Source: an uncultured Schlesneria sp.
Lineage (GTDB): Bacteria > Planctomycetota > Planctomycetia > Planctomycetales > Planctomycetaceae
NCBI GenBank assembly: GCA_966211735.1
Contig: CBIHQO010000001.1
Coordinates: 1 to 32,133 of the forward strand
DNA length: 32,133 nucleotides
Reading direction: 5' to 3'
This document shows, piece by piece, positions 7,989 to 16,706 of the stretch (within the stretch, counting starts at the first letter, position 1; each line of letters starts with the position of its first letter). Position numbers and translations under genes: made by a program. Under the pieces are notes generated by a model. That model saw only the letters and a program-made list of their open reading frames with translations. It searched no databases and was not told the DNA's origin.

Positions 7989-9620
7989 ATGTCGATTCCC
8001 GCTGCGCCGACGTTGCTGCTAGCCGTCGGCGGGGTCGCATTGATTCTGGGGCGGTGGGTGCCGAAGTCTCGCTGGTATGAGGCGATCTGGCTGATGTCGA
8101 TGCTGGGGGCGGCCGGACTGCTGATGACTGGCGATGAAATCGCTGGGCCGGTTCCCGATCATGACCGCGTCTGGGTCGGCGATCTGTATGCCATCGTCGG
8201 GCAGTGGCTGGCGCTGCTGTTCGGGATCTCATTTGGAGTCGGTTCATTTGGTGCGTCGGCCAGAGACGATCGCACTGCTGAACGGTTAGGGTTCCTGTCA
8301 TTCGCCATTGCGGGTGTGATGCTGGTTGTGCTGTCGAACGATCTCGTCACGATGGCTCTGGCGGCCGAGATTGTTCAGTTTGCGTCGTGGGCATTGCGCC
8401 GAACGGATCGCCTTGAGGTCACGCCAACATTGGCTTCGATGGAGGAACCTGCGAACTCTGAAAATCGTCTGTGGATTGGCATCGTGATGTCGTCCTGTTT
8501 GTGGTTGGGTATCGCGTTGCTTGCGAACGTGACGGGGGCGACACAGTTTGATGAAATCCGCTTGATCCTGGTCGACGCTTATACTCCGGGTGCCAATCGG
8601 GCTGTGATCGGGGTTGGCTCGAAGCTTGGTCTGCTGGCGATTGGGTTGATCGTGGCGGGGTTTGGCGCGCGTCTCGGCTTAGTCCCGTGGCATTTTGGAC
8701 TGGTCGAAAGCATCTCTCAGGTTCGCTACTGGACGGCGGGTTGCGTGGTCGTGGCGGGTCAGTTGGCAGGCGTGTTGGCGCTGGGCCGACTCTGTGGCAT
8801 GGTCCTGGTTGGTTATCGCGATGAGATGTTGGTTCTGCTGCTGGTGCTGGCGGGGCTGACAGCAGTCGCTTCGGCGGCGTTGGCGGCACTCGGGATGATC
8901 AATGGCGAAGGTCGGATGCGCCGTCTGGCCGCTGCTGTTTCGATGTTGCAAGGTGCCTGGCTGACTTTGGGGCTGATGGCATGCATCGCCGAACTGGCTG
9001 GGCCCGAGCACAGCTTGTCTGTGGCGGGCGGACAACCTGGAGCGCTGGGGTTGCTGCTGTTTGCCGCGGCCGCCGGTCTGTTGGGCCTGTCGGGGCTGTT
9101 TCTGTTGTTCAGCTACCTTTCTCTAGACGATCGGGATGTAGAGTTATTCGATGAGCTATTGGGATTGGGAACCTTACATCCCCTGTCTACGACGGCACTG
9201 TTGGTGCTGCTGGGTAGCCTTGTCGGCCATCCTCCACTGTGGGGGTTCTGGTCAAATTGGCTACTGATCGCTGTGGGGCTGAATGTTCGGGCCTCCAGCG
9301 CACGCGAGCAGATGACACCGCATCTGGGATTGATCCTATTAGCCGTCGTGATCACGACGGCCACGTTGATGATGGCCGCAGCGATGATTCAGATCGCTCG
9401 CCTGTTATTGCTGGAGCAACCGCTTGCCAAGCCGGTGCCGCAAGGGAGGCGATCGGCATTCATCGTCGCCGCCGGATGTGCCATCGCGCTATTGGTTGTC
9501 GGTCTGTTCCCAGCGCGGTTGCTGGGAATCCTGGCGAATGTTCGCGGTCCCGAAATGAAGTCCATTCGCGAGAATCCGGCAGGGTCGAACAAAGGTTCGG
9601 CGACCGCGTCCACTCGGTGA
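7989..9620 (+). CDS. NuoN/MrpD-like proton-conducting membrane transporter family protein; solitary and divergent
   Basis: About 14 hydrophobic segments with NuoN-like landmarks SNDLVTMALAAE, TGATQFDEI, RLGLVPWH, GLGTLHP and GHPPLWGF. No other nuo or mrp genes nearby. Confidence 0.75.
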   Translation: MSIPAAPTLLLAVGGVALILGRWVPKSRWYEAIWLMSMLGAAGLLMTGDEIAGPVPDHDRVWVGDLYAIVGQWLALLFGISFGVGSFGASARDDRTAERLGFLSFAIAGVMLVVLSNDLVTMALAAEIVQFASWALRRTDRLEVTPTLASMEEPANSENRLWIGIVMSSCLWLGIALLANVTGATQFDEIRLILVDAYTPGANRAVIGVGSKLGLLAIGLIVAGFGARLGLVPWHFGLVESISQVRYWTAGCVVVAGQLAGVLALGRLCGMVLVGYRDEMLVLLLVLAGLTAVASAALAALGMINGEGRMRRLAAAVSMLQGAWLTLGLMACIAELAGPEHSLSVAGGQPGALGLLLFAAAAGLLGLSGLFLLFSYLSLDDRDVELFDELLGLGTLHPLSTTALLVLLGSLVGHPPLWGFWSNWLLIAVGLNVRASSAREQMTPHLGLILLAVVITTATLMMAAAMIQIARLLLLEQPLAKPVPQGRRSAFIVAAGCAIALLVVGLFPARLLGILANVRGPEMKSIRENPAGSNKGSATASTR

Positions 9621-9650
9621 TCGCGTTGGCAGCGACTCGCAAGAGCCGCT

Positions 9651-11270
9651 TTATTCTTCGAGTTGTGCGCGCGACATCGCCTGTTGAAGATTCTCCAGTT
9701 CAACGGGTTTCACGAGATGGTCATTGAACCCGGCGTCGTGTGTTTTCTTGCGATCTTCGTCCTGTCCGTAGCCGCTGAGCGCGATCAGATAGGTTCCCGA
9801 CAGATCGGGATCCTGGCGGATCGAGCGGGCGACTTCATATCCATTCATCGCGCCAGGTAACCCCAAGTCGGAGATGATGACATCGGGGCGGAAAGTACGA
9901 CAGATTTTCAGGCCGGAGGGGCCATCGAAGGCAATTTCAACGACGTAGCCGAGCAACTCCAAAAGCAATTGCAGCGTCTTGGCGGCGTCCTTATAGTCTT
10001 CGATGACGAGAATTTTATTCACCTTGTTCGCCGCTTGCGGGCCGGGATCGACAGGGCTGCCAGCAGTCGTTTCCTGTGCCTCGGTCAGCGGCAATCGCAC
10101 GACAAAGGTCGATCCTAGTCCCAAGCCAGGGCTCTCGGCCGTTACGGTGCCGTGGTGAAGTTCGACCAGCCCACGGACCAATGCGAGTCCCAGCCCGAGG
10201 CCTCCCTTTTCGCGATCCAGCGATTGATCTGCTTGAATAAAAGGTTCGAAGAGCTGGCCGATGACCTTTGGGTCGAGGCCAATTCCTGAGTCGGCGACTC
10301 GAACAATGGCCATCTTCGTCGAATCGTCGCGTTCGATGTTGAGATGCACATTGCCGCCAGCTGGAGTGAACTTACCGGAATTGTGCAGCAAGTTGCCGAA
10401 GATCTGTGCCAGGCGAGTTGCGTCGCCGGTCAGCATCACAGGTTCGCTGGGGAGATCCACTTGAAGATGAATTCCCGTTGCGACCAACGTCGGGCGATAA
10501 TCTTCCGCAGTCTGCCGAACGATGGCAGTCAGATCGCAGCGGTCCAATCGCAGTTCAATCTTGTTGCGAGCAATTCGGGCGACATCCAGGAGATCATCAA
10601 CCAGGCGAACCATATGCGAAACCTGCCGCGAGATGACATCGCGTGCATGAGTCACCGACGGATCGACGGTCTGGGCGAGACGCAGGATTTCAACAGCATT
10701 TCGAACCGGCGCGAGCGGATTGCGAAGCTCGTGGGCCAGCATGGCGAGGAAGTCATCTTTGCGTCGGTCGGCCTCACGAAGCGCTTCGGCATGTTGCCGA
10801 CTTTCTTTGAGCAGTTGCAGGTTTTGCTCGGTCGCCGCGCGCAATTCGTCACGTTGTTGGGCCACCTCCTGCCGCTGACGGAACAGATCGAAAAAGACCT
10901 GAGCTTTGCTGCGCAGGATGTCGGATTCAATTGGCTTTTGCAGGAAGTCGACGGCCCCGGCTTCGTATCCGCGGAATCGTCGCTGCCGGTCTGTGTTGCC
11001 GGCGGTGAGAAAAATGATCGGGACGCGGCGCGTCCGCTCCATGCCTCGCATCAGTTCGGCCAGTTCAAAGCCATTCATGCCTGGCATCTGAACATCGACC
11101 AATGCCAGAGCGACCTCATGATTGAGCAGTAATTCCAGCGCCTCATTTCCCGATTTCGCTCGCAGGAGGACCAGTCCCTCACGGCGCAACAGTCCTTCCA
11201 ACGCCAGGAGGTTTTCCTCGAGGTCATCGACAAGCAGGAAGTTGACAGAAACGGGTGTTTTTGGGGTCAT
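9651..11270 (-). CDS. Hybrid sensor histidine kinase/response regulator (REC-HisKA-HATPase-REC)
   Basis: N-terminal REC (LLVDD, DVQMP, KP), H-box LAHELRNPL, N-box NLLHNSGKFT, G-boxes DSGIG and GLGLGL, C-terminal REC (SDLGLP). ATG at 11270 overlaps the cheB stop (ATGA). Confidence 0.93.
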   Translation of the reverse strand: MTPKTPVSVNFLLVDDLEENLLALEGLLRREGLVLLRAKSGNEALELLLNHEVALALVDVQMPGMNGFELAELMRGMERTRRVPIIFLTAGNTDRQRRFRGYEAGAVDFLQKPIESDILRSKAQVFFDLFRQRQEVAQQRDELRAATEQNLQLLKESRQHAEALREADRRKDDFLAMLAHELRNPLAPVRNAVEILRLAQTVDPSVTHARDVISRQVSHMVRLVDDLLDVARIARNKIELRLDRCDLTAIVRQTAEDYRPTLVATGIHLQVDLPSEPVMLTGDATRLAQIFGNLLHNSGKFTPAGGNVHLNIERDDSTKMAIVRVADSGIGLDPKVIGQLFEPFIQADQSLDREKGGLGLGLALVRGLVELHHGTVTAESPGLGLGSTFVVRLPLTEAQETTAGSPVDPGPQAANKVNKILVIEDYKDAAKTLQLLLELLGYVVEIAFDGPSGLKICRTFRPDVIISDLGLPGAMNGYEVARSIRQDPDLSGTYLIALSGYGQDEDRKKTHDAGFNDHLVKPVELENLQQAMSRAQLEE

Positions 11271-11878
11271 AGTCTGAGCGCAATCTCTAACAATCGTTTG
11301 GCAATTTGTTCTAACGTCAGCGCTTCTGCTGTGGGGCAGGCCTTCAGGGCCGCTTCGGGCATCGTTCGTGAATTCGCCTGGTTCGGATGTTGTACCAGGC
11401 AAATTCCTCCGGCCGCATGAACGGCAGCCAGACCCCTGGCTCCGTCCGCGCTGGCTCCGGTCAATACGATTGCAGCAAGCGCCGGCCCAAACACGTCTGC
11501 CGCGGATTCGAAAAGGACATCAATTGCCGGTCGCGAATAATGCACCAGTTCTTCACTGGATAGCGAGATGCGTTTGTCGTCTTCGATCAGGACGTGGTAA
11601 TCGGGAGGGGCGAAATAGACGGTCCCCGTTTTCAGTTTTTCTTTATCATCGATTTCATGCACGTCGACCTGGCATTTCGCCCGGAACAATTGAGCGAGCA
11701 CGCTCTTTCGGTCCGCTGGCAAATGGACAACGACGATCACCGGTATCGGATAGTCCGCCGGCAGGCTGGGCAGGATCGTGCCGAGCGCATCGACGGCGCC
11801 GGCAGAGACACCAATGACAACGGCTTCAATCGGCGTTACTGGCGGAGGGGCTTGCGGGAGCAAATTGACATCCATCAC
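11267..11878 (-). CDS. cheB: Stand-alone CheB-type methylesterase with no receiver domain
   Basis: Catalytic triad motifs GVSAGA (Ser), VVHL (His) and LTGASADGARG (Asp); also YFAPPDYH and SRPAIDVLFESAA. Confidence 0.92.
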   Translation of the reverse strand: MMDVNLLPQAPPPVTPIEAVVIGVSAGAVDALGTILPSLPADYPIPVIVVVHLPADRKSVLAQLFRAKCQVDVHEIDDKEKLKTGTVYFAPPDYHVLIEDDKRISLSSEELVHYSRPAIDVLFESAADVFGPALAAIVLTGASADGARGLAAVHAAGGICLVQHPNQANSRTMPEAALKACPTAEALTLEQIAKRLLEIALRL

Positions 11879-12708
11879 TTGGCCCTCTGTTTCTGGTAGA
11901 TCCGCTCGTCACGCGCGAACTCAGAAAAGTCGTCGGCTCGTTTGGAGAATCGCAGGCTTTCTTTCGCTCCCAGGCCCAAGAACCCCTTACGGACCAGCGA
12001 GTCGCTGAACAGGCCGATGGCACGATTCTGCAGATCCTGATCGAAATAGATCAGGACGTTGCGGCAGGAGATCAGATGCATTTCCGCGAAGACAGCATCT
12101 GTGACCAGACTATGATCTGAAAAGACGGCACGGCGTCGCAAGGACTTGTCCAACACGGCGGATCCATAGGCCGCCGTGTAGTAATCGGACAGTGATGATT
12201 TTCCTCCAGCTTTGCGATGGTTTTCGGTGAACCTTGTGATCGATTGCAGGTCATAGACGCCAGCCTCGGCCCGTTCCAGCGCCCGCGGGTTGATGTCCGT
12301 GCCATAAAACATTGTGCGATCTTCCAAGCCCTCTTCTCGAAAGAGAATCACCAGCGAATACAGTTCTTCACCCGCGCTGCATCCTGCGATCCAGACTTTC
12401 AGTGATGGATAAGTCCGCAGATGCGGAATCACAGATTCGCGAAGCGCCAGAAAGTAGGCGGGGTCGCGGAACAGATCGCTGACTTGAATGGTAAGGTACG
12501 ACAGTAACTCGGGCAGGACGGCGGGTTCATGCAGGACGCGATGCTGCAATTCCGAGATGGACCGACATTCGAAATGCTCTTTGGCCTGTTTCAACCGACG
12601 CTTGACGGACGCCATGGAATATCCACGGAAGTCGTAATGATACCTGTGATAGATTGCGTCGAGCAGCAATCGAGTCTCCAGGTCTTCAGCGAAGTCAGTC
12701 ACGATCAA
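11875..12708 (-). CDS. cheR: CheR-type protein-glutamate O-methyltransferase
   Basis: YHYDFRGY, LFRDP, WIAGCSAGEE, GTDIN, CRNVLIYF and GFLGLGAKESL. Start is TTG 12708 or GTG 12702; overlaps cheB by 4 nt. Confidence 0.93.
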   Translation of the reverse strand: MIVTDFAEDLETRLLLDAIYHRYHYDFRGYSMASVKRRLKQAKEHFECRSISELQHRVLHEPAVLPELLSYLTIQVSDLFRDPAYFLALRESVIPHLRTYPSLKVWIAGCSAGEELYSLVILFREEGLEDRTMFYGTDINPRALERAEAGVYDLQSITRFTENHRKAGGKSSLSDYYTAAYGSAVLDKSLRRRAVFSDHSLVTDAVFAEMHLISCRNVLIYFDQDLQNRAIGLFSDSLVRKGFLGLGAKESLRFSKRADDFSEFARDERIYQKQRAK

Positions 12709-12717
12709 TTTCCCGTT

Positions 12718-15700
12718 CTAGCGCGGCATCCAGACACGGACGAGCGACAGCAATTTGTCGACATCCAGCGGCTTGGCCATATAGTCGTTGGCTCCCGCGC
12801 CGAGGCACCTTTCTTGGTCATCTTTCATCGCTTTGGCGGTCAGCATGATGATGGGCAGTTTCATCCATTCGGGGCGAGATCGGATCTCGCGAGTGGCCGT
12901 GATTCCGTCCATTTCCGGCATCATTACGTCCATCAGGACCAGGTCGATACTGCGCTCGGTGGGCTCACGCGACCGTTCGAGCGCTTGCAAAGCCTCGCGG
13001 CCGTTTCGGGCAATTGTGACGACCGCACCTCGGGGTTCCAGCAGGCTGGTCAAAGCGAACACATTGCGAACGTCGTCTTCGACAACCAGCACATGGCGTC
13101 CTTCCAGGGCGGCATCACGACTGCGAGCTTTCTCCAGCATTCGTTGTTGCTCGGCCGGCAAGTCCGATTCGACTTGATGCAGGAACAGTGTGACTTCATC
13201 CAGCAGGCGTTCGGGTGACTTGGCACCCTTGATGATGATCGACTTGGAATAACGTCGCAGACGTTCCTCTTCTTCGGTCGATAGTTCTCGACCCGTGTAG
13301 ACGATGACTGGCGGGAACGAATACGTGTCTTCGCGGCTGAGTGTTTCCAGCAGCGAATAGCCGGATGCATCTGGAAGCGACAGATCCAGGACCATGCAGT
13401 CGAAGGTGGCTTCTTTCAAATTGGCGAGACATTCGGCCGCAGTCTGGGCACCCACCGTCTCGACTTCCCTGGAGCCGAGCAACCGTTGCATACTGTCCAG
13501 TTGGACAGGATCGTCTTCGACTACCAGTACTCGCCGCATTCTTTGCGAGAACTTCGTTTCCAGTTGCTGCAACGCTTTGACCAGTTCCTCGCGTTGAACC
13601 GGCTTCAGCATATAACCGACCGCACCAAGTGACATTGCGGTTTGGCTGTAGTCACTGGCCGAGACCACATGCACGGGGATGTGGCGGGTGCGCGAGTCGT
13701 GTTTCAGGCGGTCCAGCACCGACAATCCCGAGTTATCGGGAAGCCCCACGTCCAGAATCACGGCATTCGGCAGGTACTGGATTGCGATCGCCAATCCTTC
13801 CTCGGCAGAGTTCGCAATCAAGCACTGGAAGTTTGATTCGTGGGCCAGGTCATAGATGATTCTGGCGAACTTCTCGTCGTCCTCGACGGCCAGGATGATG
13901 CGACCGTTTGCGTTCAGTTGTTCGCGGTCGTCTTCCACGCGACGCGTACGAACTCTGTTCGGCGGATCAACTCTAGGGGGCTCAGCGATCTGCCGCACCA
14001 CGGGTGGTGTCGAGAACGGTGATGTCGCGACAAACGGCCCCGCCGCCTTTGTGATCGAGATGCGTGGTTTCACACGGGTGGCGTCATACTGTTCTGGAAT
14101 CGTGATTGTAAACGTACTGCCTTGCCCCGGTTCGCTGACCAGTTGAATCTCGCCACCCAGCAAGCGAGTTAGCTCTCGTGAAATCGACAGCCCCAAGCCA
14201 GTCCCACCAAATCGTCGGTTCGTCGTTCCGTCGGCCTGACGAAAGGCTTCAAAGATGATCTGCTGCTGATGGACGGGGATTCCGATCCCCGTGTCGCGGA
14301 CGTGAAACGACACCTGACCTGCGGGGGCGCGGTTTATTGTCAGCTCGACGTGCCCCGCCTCGGTAAATTTGAGCGCGTTGGAAAGCAGGTTTTTCAGAAC
14401 CTGCTGCAACCGCATCCGATCTGTTTCCAGATGCTGTGGACAATCGTCATTGATGTGCGTCCGAAACCGCAGACCTTTGTGCTCGGCGACGGCGTGAAAT
14501 GTGTCTTCGAGTTCTTTGACGATCTGAGACAGCCGAACAGGTTCGGGATGAACTTCCATGTGTCCCGCTTCGATCTTCGACAGATCCAGAATGTCGTTGA
14601 TCAGGGCCAGTAGATCATTGCCGGCCGAACGAATGGTGTCGGCGTAACGAACCTGCTCGTCGGTCAGATTTCCGGTGGGATTGTCAGCCAGTAATTTCGC
14701 GAGAATCAGGGATGAGTTGAGAGGCGTCCGCAACTCGTGCGACATGTTGGCGAGGAAGTCCGATTTATATTGGCTGGCCTGTTCCAATTCATTGGCCTGC
14801 GCCTGCAGTGCCAGTCGGGAGCGATTGACGTCATCTCGCTGAGTTTCCAGTAATTGCGTCTGTTCTTCGAGCTGAGAGTTCGTCTGCTCTAACTCTGTCT
14901 GTTGCAGTTCCAGTCGGCTTTGCGATTCTCGCAAGGCTCGGCTTTGTTCTTCCAGTTCCTCATTCGAGACGCGCAACTCTTCACTTTGCGATTGCAGTTC
15001 TTCGGACTGGCGCTGGGTCTCTTCCAGCAGGTTGCGCAAGTGAGCGCGGTAGTTCGCGGAGCGGACGGCGATCCCCAGATACTCGCTGACGAGTTGCAAC
15101 AGTTCGACACTGGAATCTTCGAGCGGGTGAATGAAGCCCAATTCGAGCACCGCGTTGACTTTGCCGTCGGCGGCCATCGGACCAATCAGCAAATGGCGCG
15201 GTTGGCTTTGTCCCAAAGATGAGCCAATCGTCAAATATCCTTCCGGAACGTCACGTACGATAAACGTGTGATTGTCTTTGGCCGCTTGACCCAGCAGCCC
15301 CTGGCCCCAGTCAAATTGTTGTGGCAGCTTCCCATTGGGCGGTACTCCATACGTCGAGACGATTCGGAAGGTGCCCCCTTCAAGGGTGTATAGTGCGCCC
15401 GCTTGTGCATCCAGATATTCGGCCAGGAAACGCAGCGTGGCGTGACCGAGCTGCTGGATCTCGGGGTCGCCGACCGTCGCTTCGTTCACGCCGTAGCGAC
15501 CTGACTGAAGCCATTCCTCGCGCTGTCGAGCCAAGACGTTTCGCTGGACAAGATAGGCCACAGCCATTGAGATGGAAGCTCCGAAGATCGCGGTCAGAAT
15601 ACCGCTGATGACAGCGACCTGGTACGCGGTCTCCATATCTTGCATGCGCTGGGCACGCAGACGTCGCTCTTCAACTTCCATCTCTTTCAGATTGTCGCGG

Positions 15701-16185
15701 ATCGCATCCATAGCCGCCTTGCCGCGGTCCGAGATGACGACCGCACGAGCTTCCTCAAAACCCTTCCCCCTTCGTAGCTGGATGGTCTCGTCGAGCTCGT
15801 TCAATTTCGAGTCCACCCACGCTCGAAGCTGCGGAACTCGAGATTGCTGCTCGATGTTATCTTGAGTCAGCTTTTCGATTTCACTCAGGCGAGTGTGGAT
15901 TGTGCCGACGGCCGCCAGATACGGAGCCAAATAGCGCTCATCGCCGGTGATTACGAAGCCGCGCTGCCCGGTTTCAGCATCCTTCGCGAGCGACAAGACC
16001 TCCATCAAAGCCGTGATCACTTCGTGAGTATGAGTGACCGTCTTTGCATCCTGGCTGAGTTTGCTGGTGTTGCGATAGGCGAGGTAGGCGCTACCAATGA
16101 AGAACAGCAACGCCGTTCCCAGCCCCAACCAGATCCAGCTCATCGTACTCAGGTCGATGCTGTTCGGAGAGATACGTGACTTCAT
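12718..16185 (-). CDS. Membrane hybrid histidine kinase: TM-CHASE3-TM-GAF-coiled coil-HisKA-HATPase-3xREC
   Basis: CHASE3 signature DAETGQRGFVITGDERYL, GAF segment GQGLLGQAA, H-box MSHELRTPL, NLLSNALKFT, GGTGLGL, and three receiver domains (LDVGLP, LDLSLP, MDVMMP). Confidence 0.93.
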   Translation of the reverse strand: MKSRISPNSIDLSTMSWIWLGLGTALLFFIGSAYLAYRNTSKLSQDAKTVTHTHEVITALMEVLSLAKDAETGQRGFVITGDERYLAPYLAAVGTIHTRLSEIEKLTQDNIEQQSRVPQLRAWVDSKLNELDETIQLRRGKGFEEARAVVISDRGKAAMDAIRDNLKEMEVEERRLRAQRMQDMETAYQVAVISGILTAIFGASISMAVAYLVQRNVLARQREEWLQSGRYGVNEATVGDPEIQQLGHATLRFLAEYLDAQAGALYTLEGGTFRIVSTYGVPPNGKLPQQFDWGQGLLGQAAKDNHTFIVRDVPEGYLTIGSSLGQSQPRHLLIGPMAADGKVNAVLELGFIHPLEDSSVELLQLVSEYLGIAVRSANYRAHLRNLLEETQRQSEELQSQSEELRVSNEELEEQSRALRESQSRLELQQTELEQTNSQLEEQTQLLETQRDDVNRSRLALQAQANELEQASQYKSDFLANMSHELRTPLNSSLILAKLLADNPTGNLTDEQVRYADTIRSAGNDLLALINDILDLSKIEAGHMEVHPEPVRLSQIVKELEDTFHAVAEHKGLRFRTHINDDCPQHLETDRMRLQQVLKNLLSNALKFTEAGHVELTINRAPAGQVSFHVRDTGIGIPVHQQQIIFEAFRQADGTTNRRFGGTGLGLSISRELTRLLGGEIQLVSEPGQGSTFTITIPEQYDATRVKPRISITKAAGPFVATSPFSTPPVVRQIAEPPRVDPPNRVRTRRVEDDREQLNANGRIILAVEDDEKFARIIYDLAHESNFQCLIANSAEEGLAIAIQYLPNAVILDVGLPDNSGLSVLDRLKHDSRTRHIPVHVVSASDYSQTAMSLGAVGYMLKPVQREELVKALQQLETKFSQRMRRVLVVEDDPVQLDSMQRLLGSREVETVGAQTAAECLANLKEATFDCMVLDLSLPDASGYSLLETLSREDTYSFPPVIVYTGRELSTEEEERLRRYSKSIIIKGAKSPERLLDEVTLFLHQVESDLPAEQQRMLEKARSRDAALEGRHVLVVEDDVRNVFALTSLLEPRGAVVTIARNGREALQALERSREPTERSIDLVLMDVMMPEMDGITATREIRSRPEWMKLPIIMLTAKAMKDDQERCLGAGANDYMAKPLDVDKLLSLVRVWMPR

Positions 16186-16607
16186 CAGGATGATTCACCG
16201 CGAAGCATGGGAGGACACAACGTAACAGCCCAACCCAGGAACACGATAATTATGTTCGAGGTGCGGGACTGATCGACAATCACGAAGTTAGAGTCGATCG
16301 GTCATGACGATCAACCGATGCTATTCGCTGGCCGCGAAAAGACATCGGGAACCTCTGTGGCCTCCCCGTGACAGGCAAACTATAGGTCGACAGGATTCAA
16401 AGAGCAATGCGCTCAAAGTGGGTGGCGACGACGGACGTAACCATTGTCTGGCAGAGATCTTGTCGGCGCGGATGGACTTGGTGACAGCACGCTTCCTCTA
16501 TTCGAGCTGCCAAGCCGAATGAGGGAATACGACTTAAGGTTCCGTTAATAAAGTGGTCGCAGCGGTGGCGGTTCGGACTACCGCAAGGTGCTAATTTTCT
16601 ACCAGCG

Positions 16608-16613
16608 TATAAT
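16608..16613 (+). promoter_or_regulatory. Candidate sigma70 -10 box for the Fe-ADH operon
   Basis: Perfect TATAAT about 95 nt upstream of the likely ADH start. No convincing -35 element. Confidence 0.3.
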
Positions 16614-16706
16614 GAGGTATCCCAGTCAACGTTGAGGCAAAGTGCGATCGCGGATACGCTGGGGTGGCAGCCCCATGTTGATCCCGCCGGCAGAAAGTTC
16701 TCCTCG

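Noticed and set aside
7989..9620. Calling this nuoN of complex I, or a pseudogene
   Set aside because: There are no nuo neighbours and key lysines are changed, yet the ORF is full length with no frameshift, so neither label is supported.
16515..16600. SAM-I riboswitch-like fragments (GAGGGA, GCAGC...AAGGTGCTAATT) upstream of the ADH
   Set aside because: The ATC.AGAG P1 start, GCCC pseudoknot/TGA and GCAACC elements are missing, the downstream gene is not Met-related, and the candidate -10 lies downstream of these fragments.
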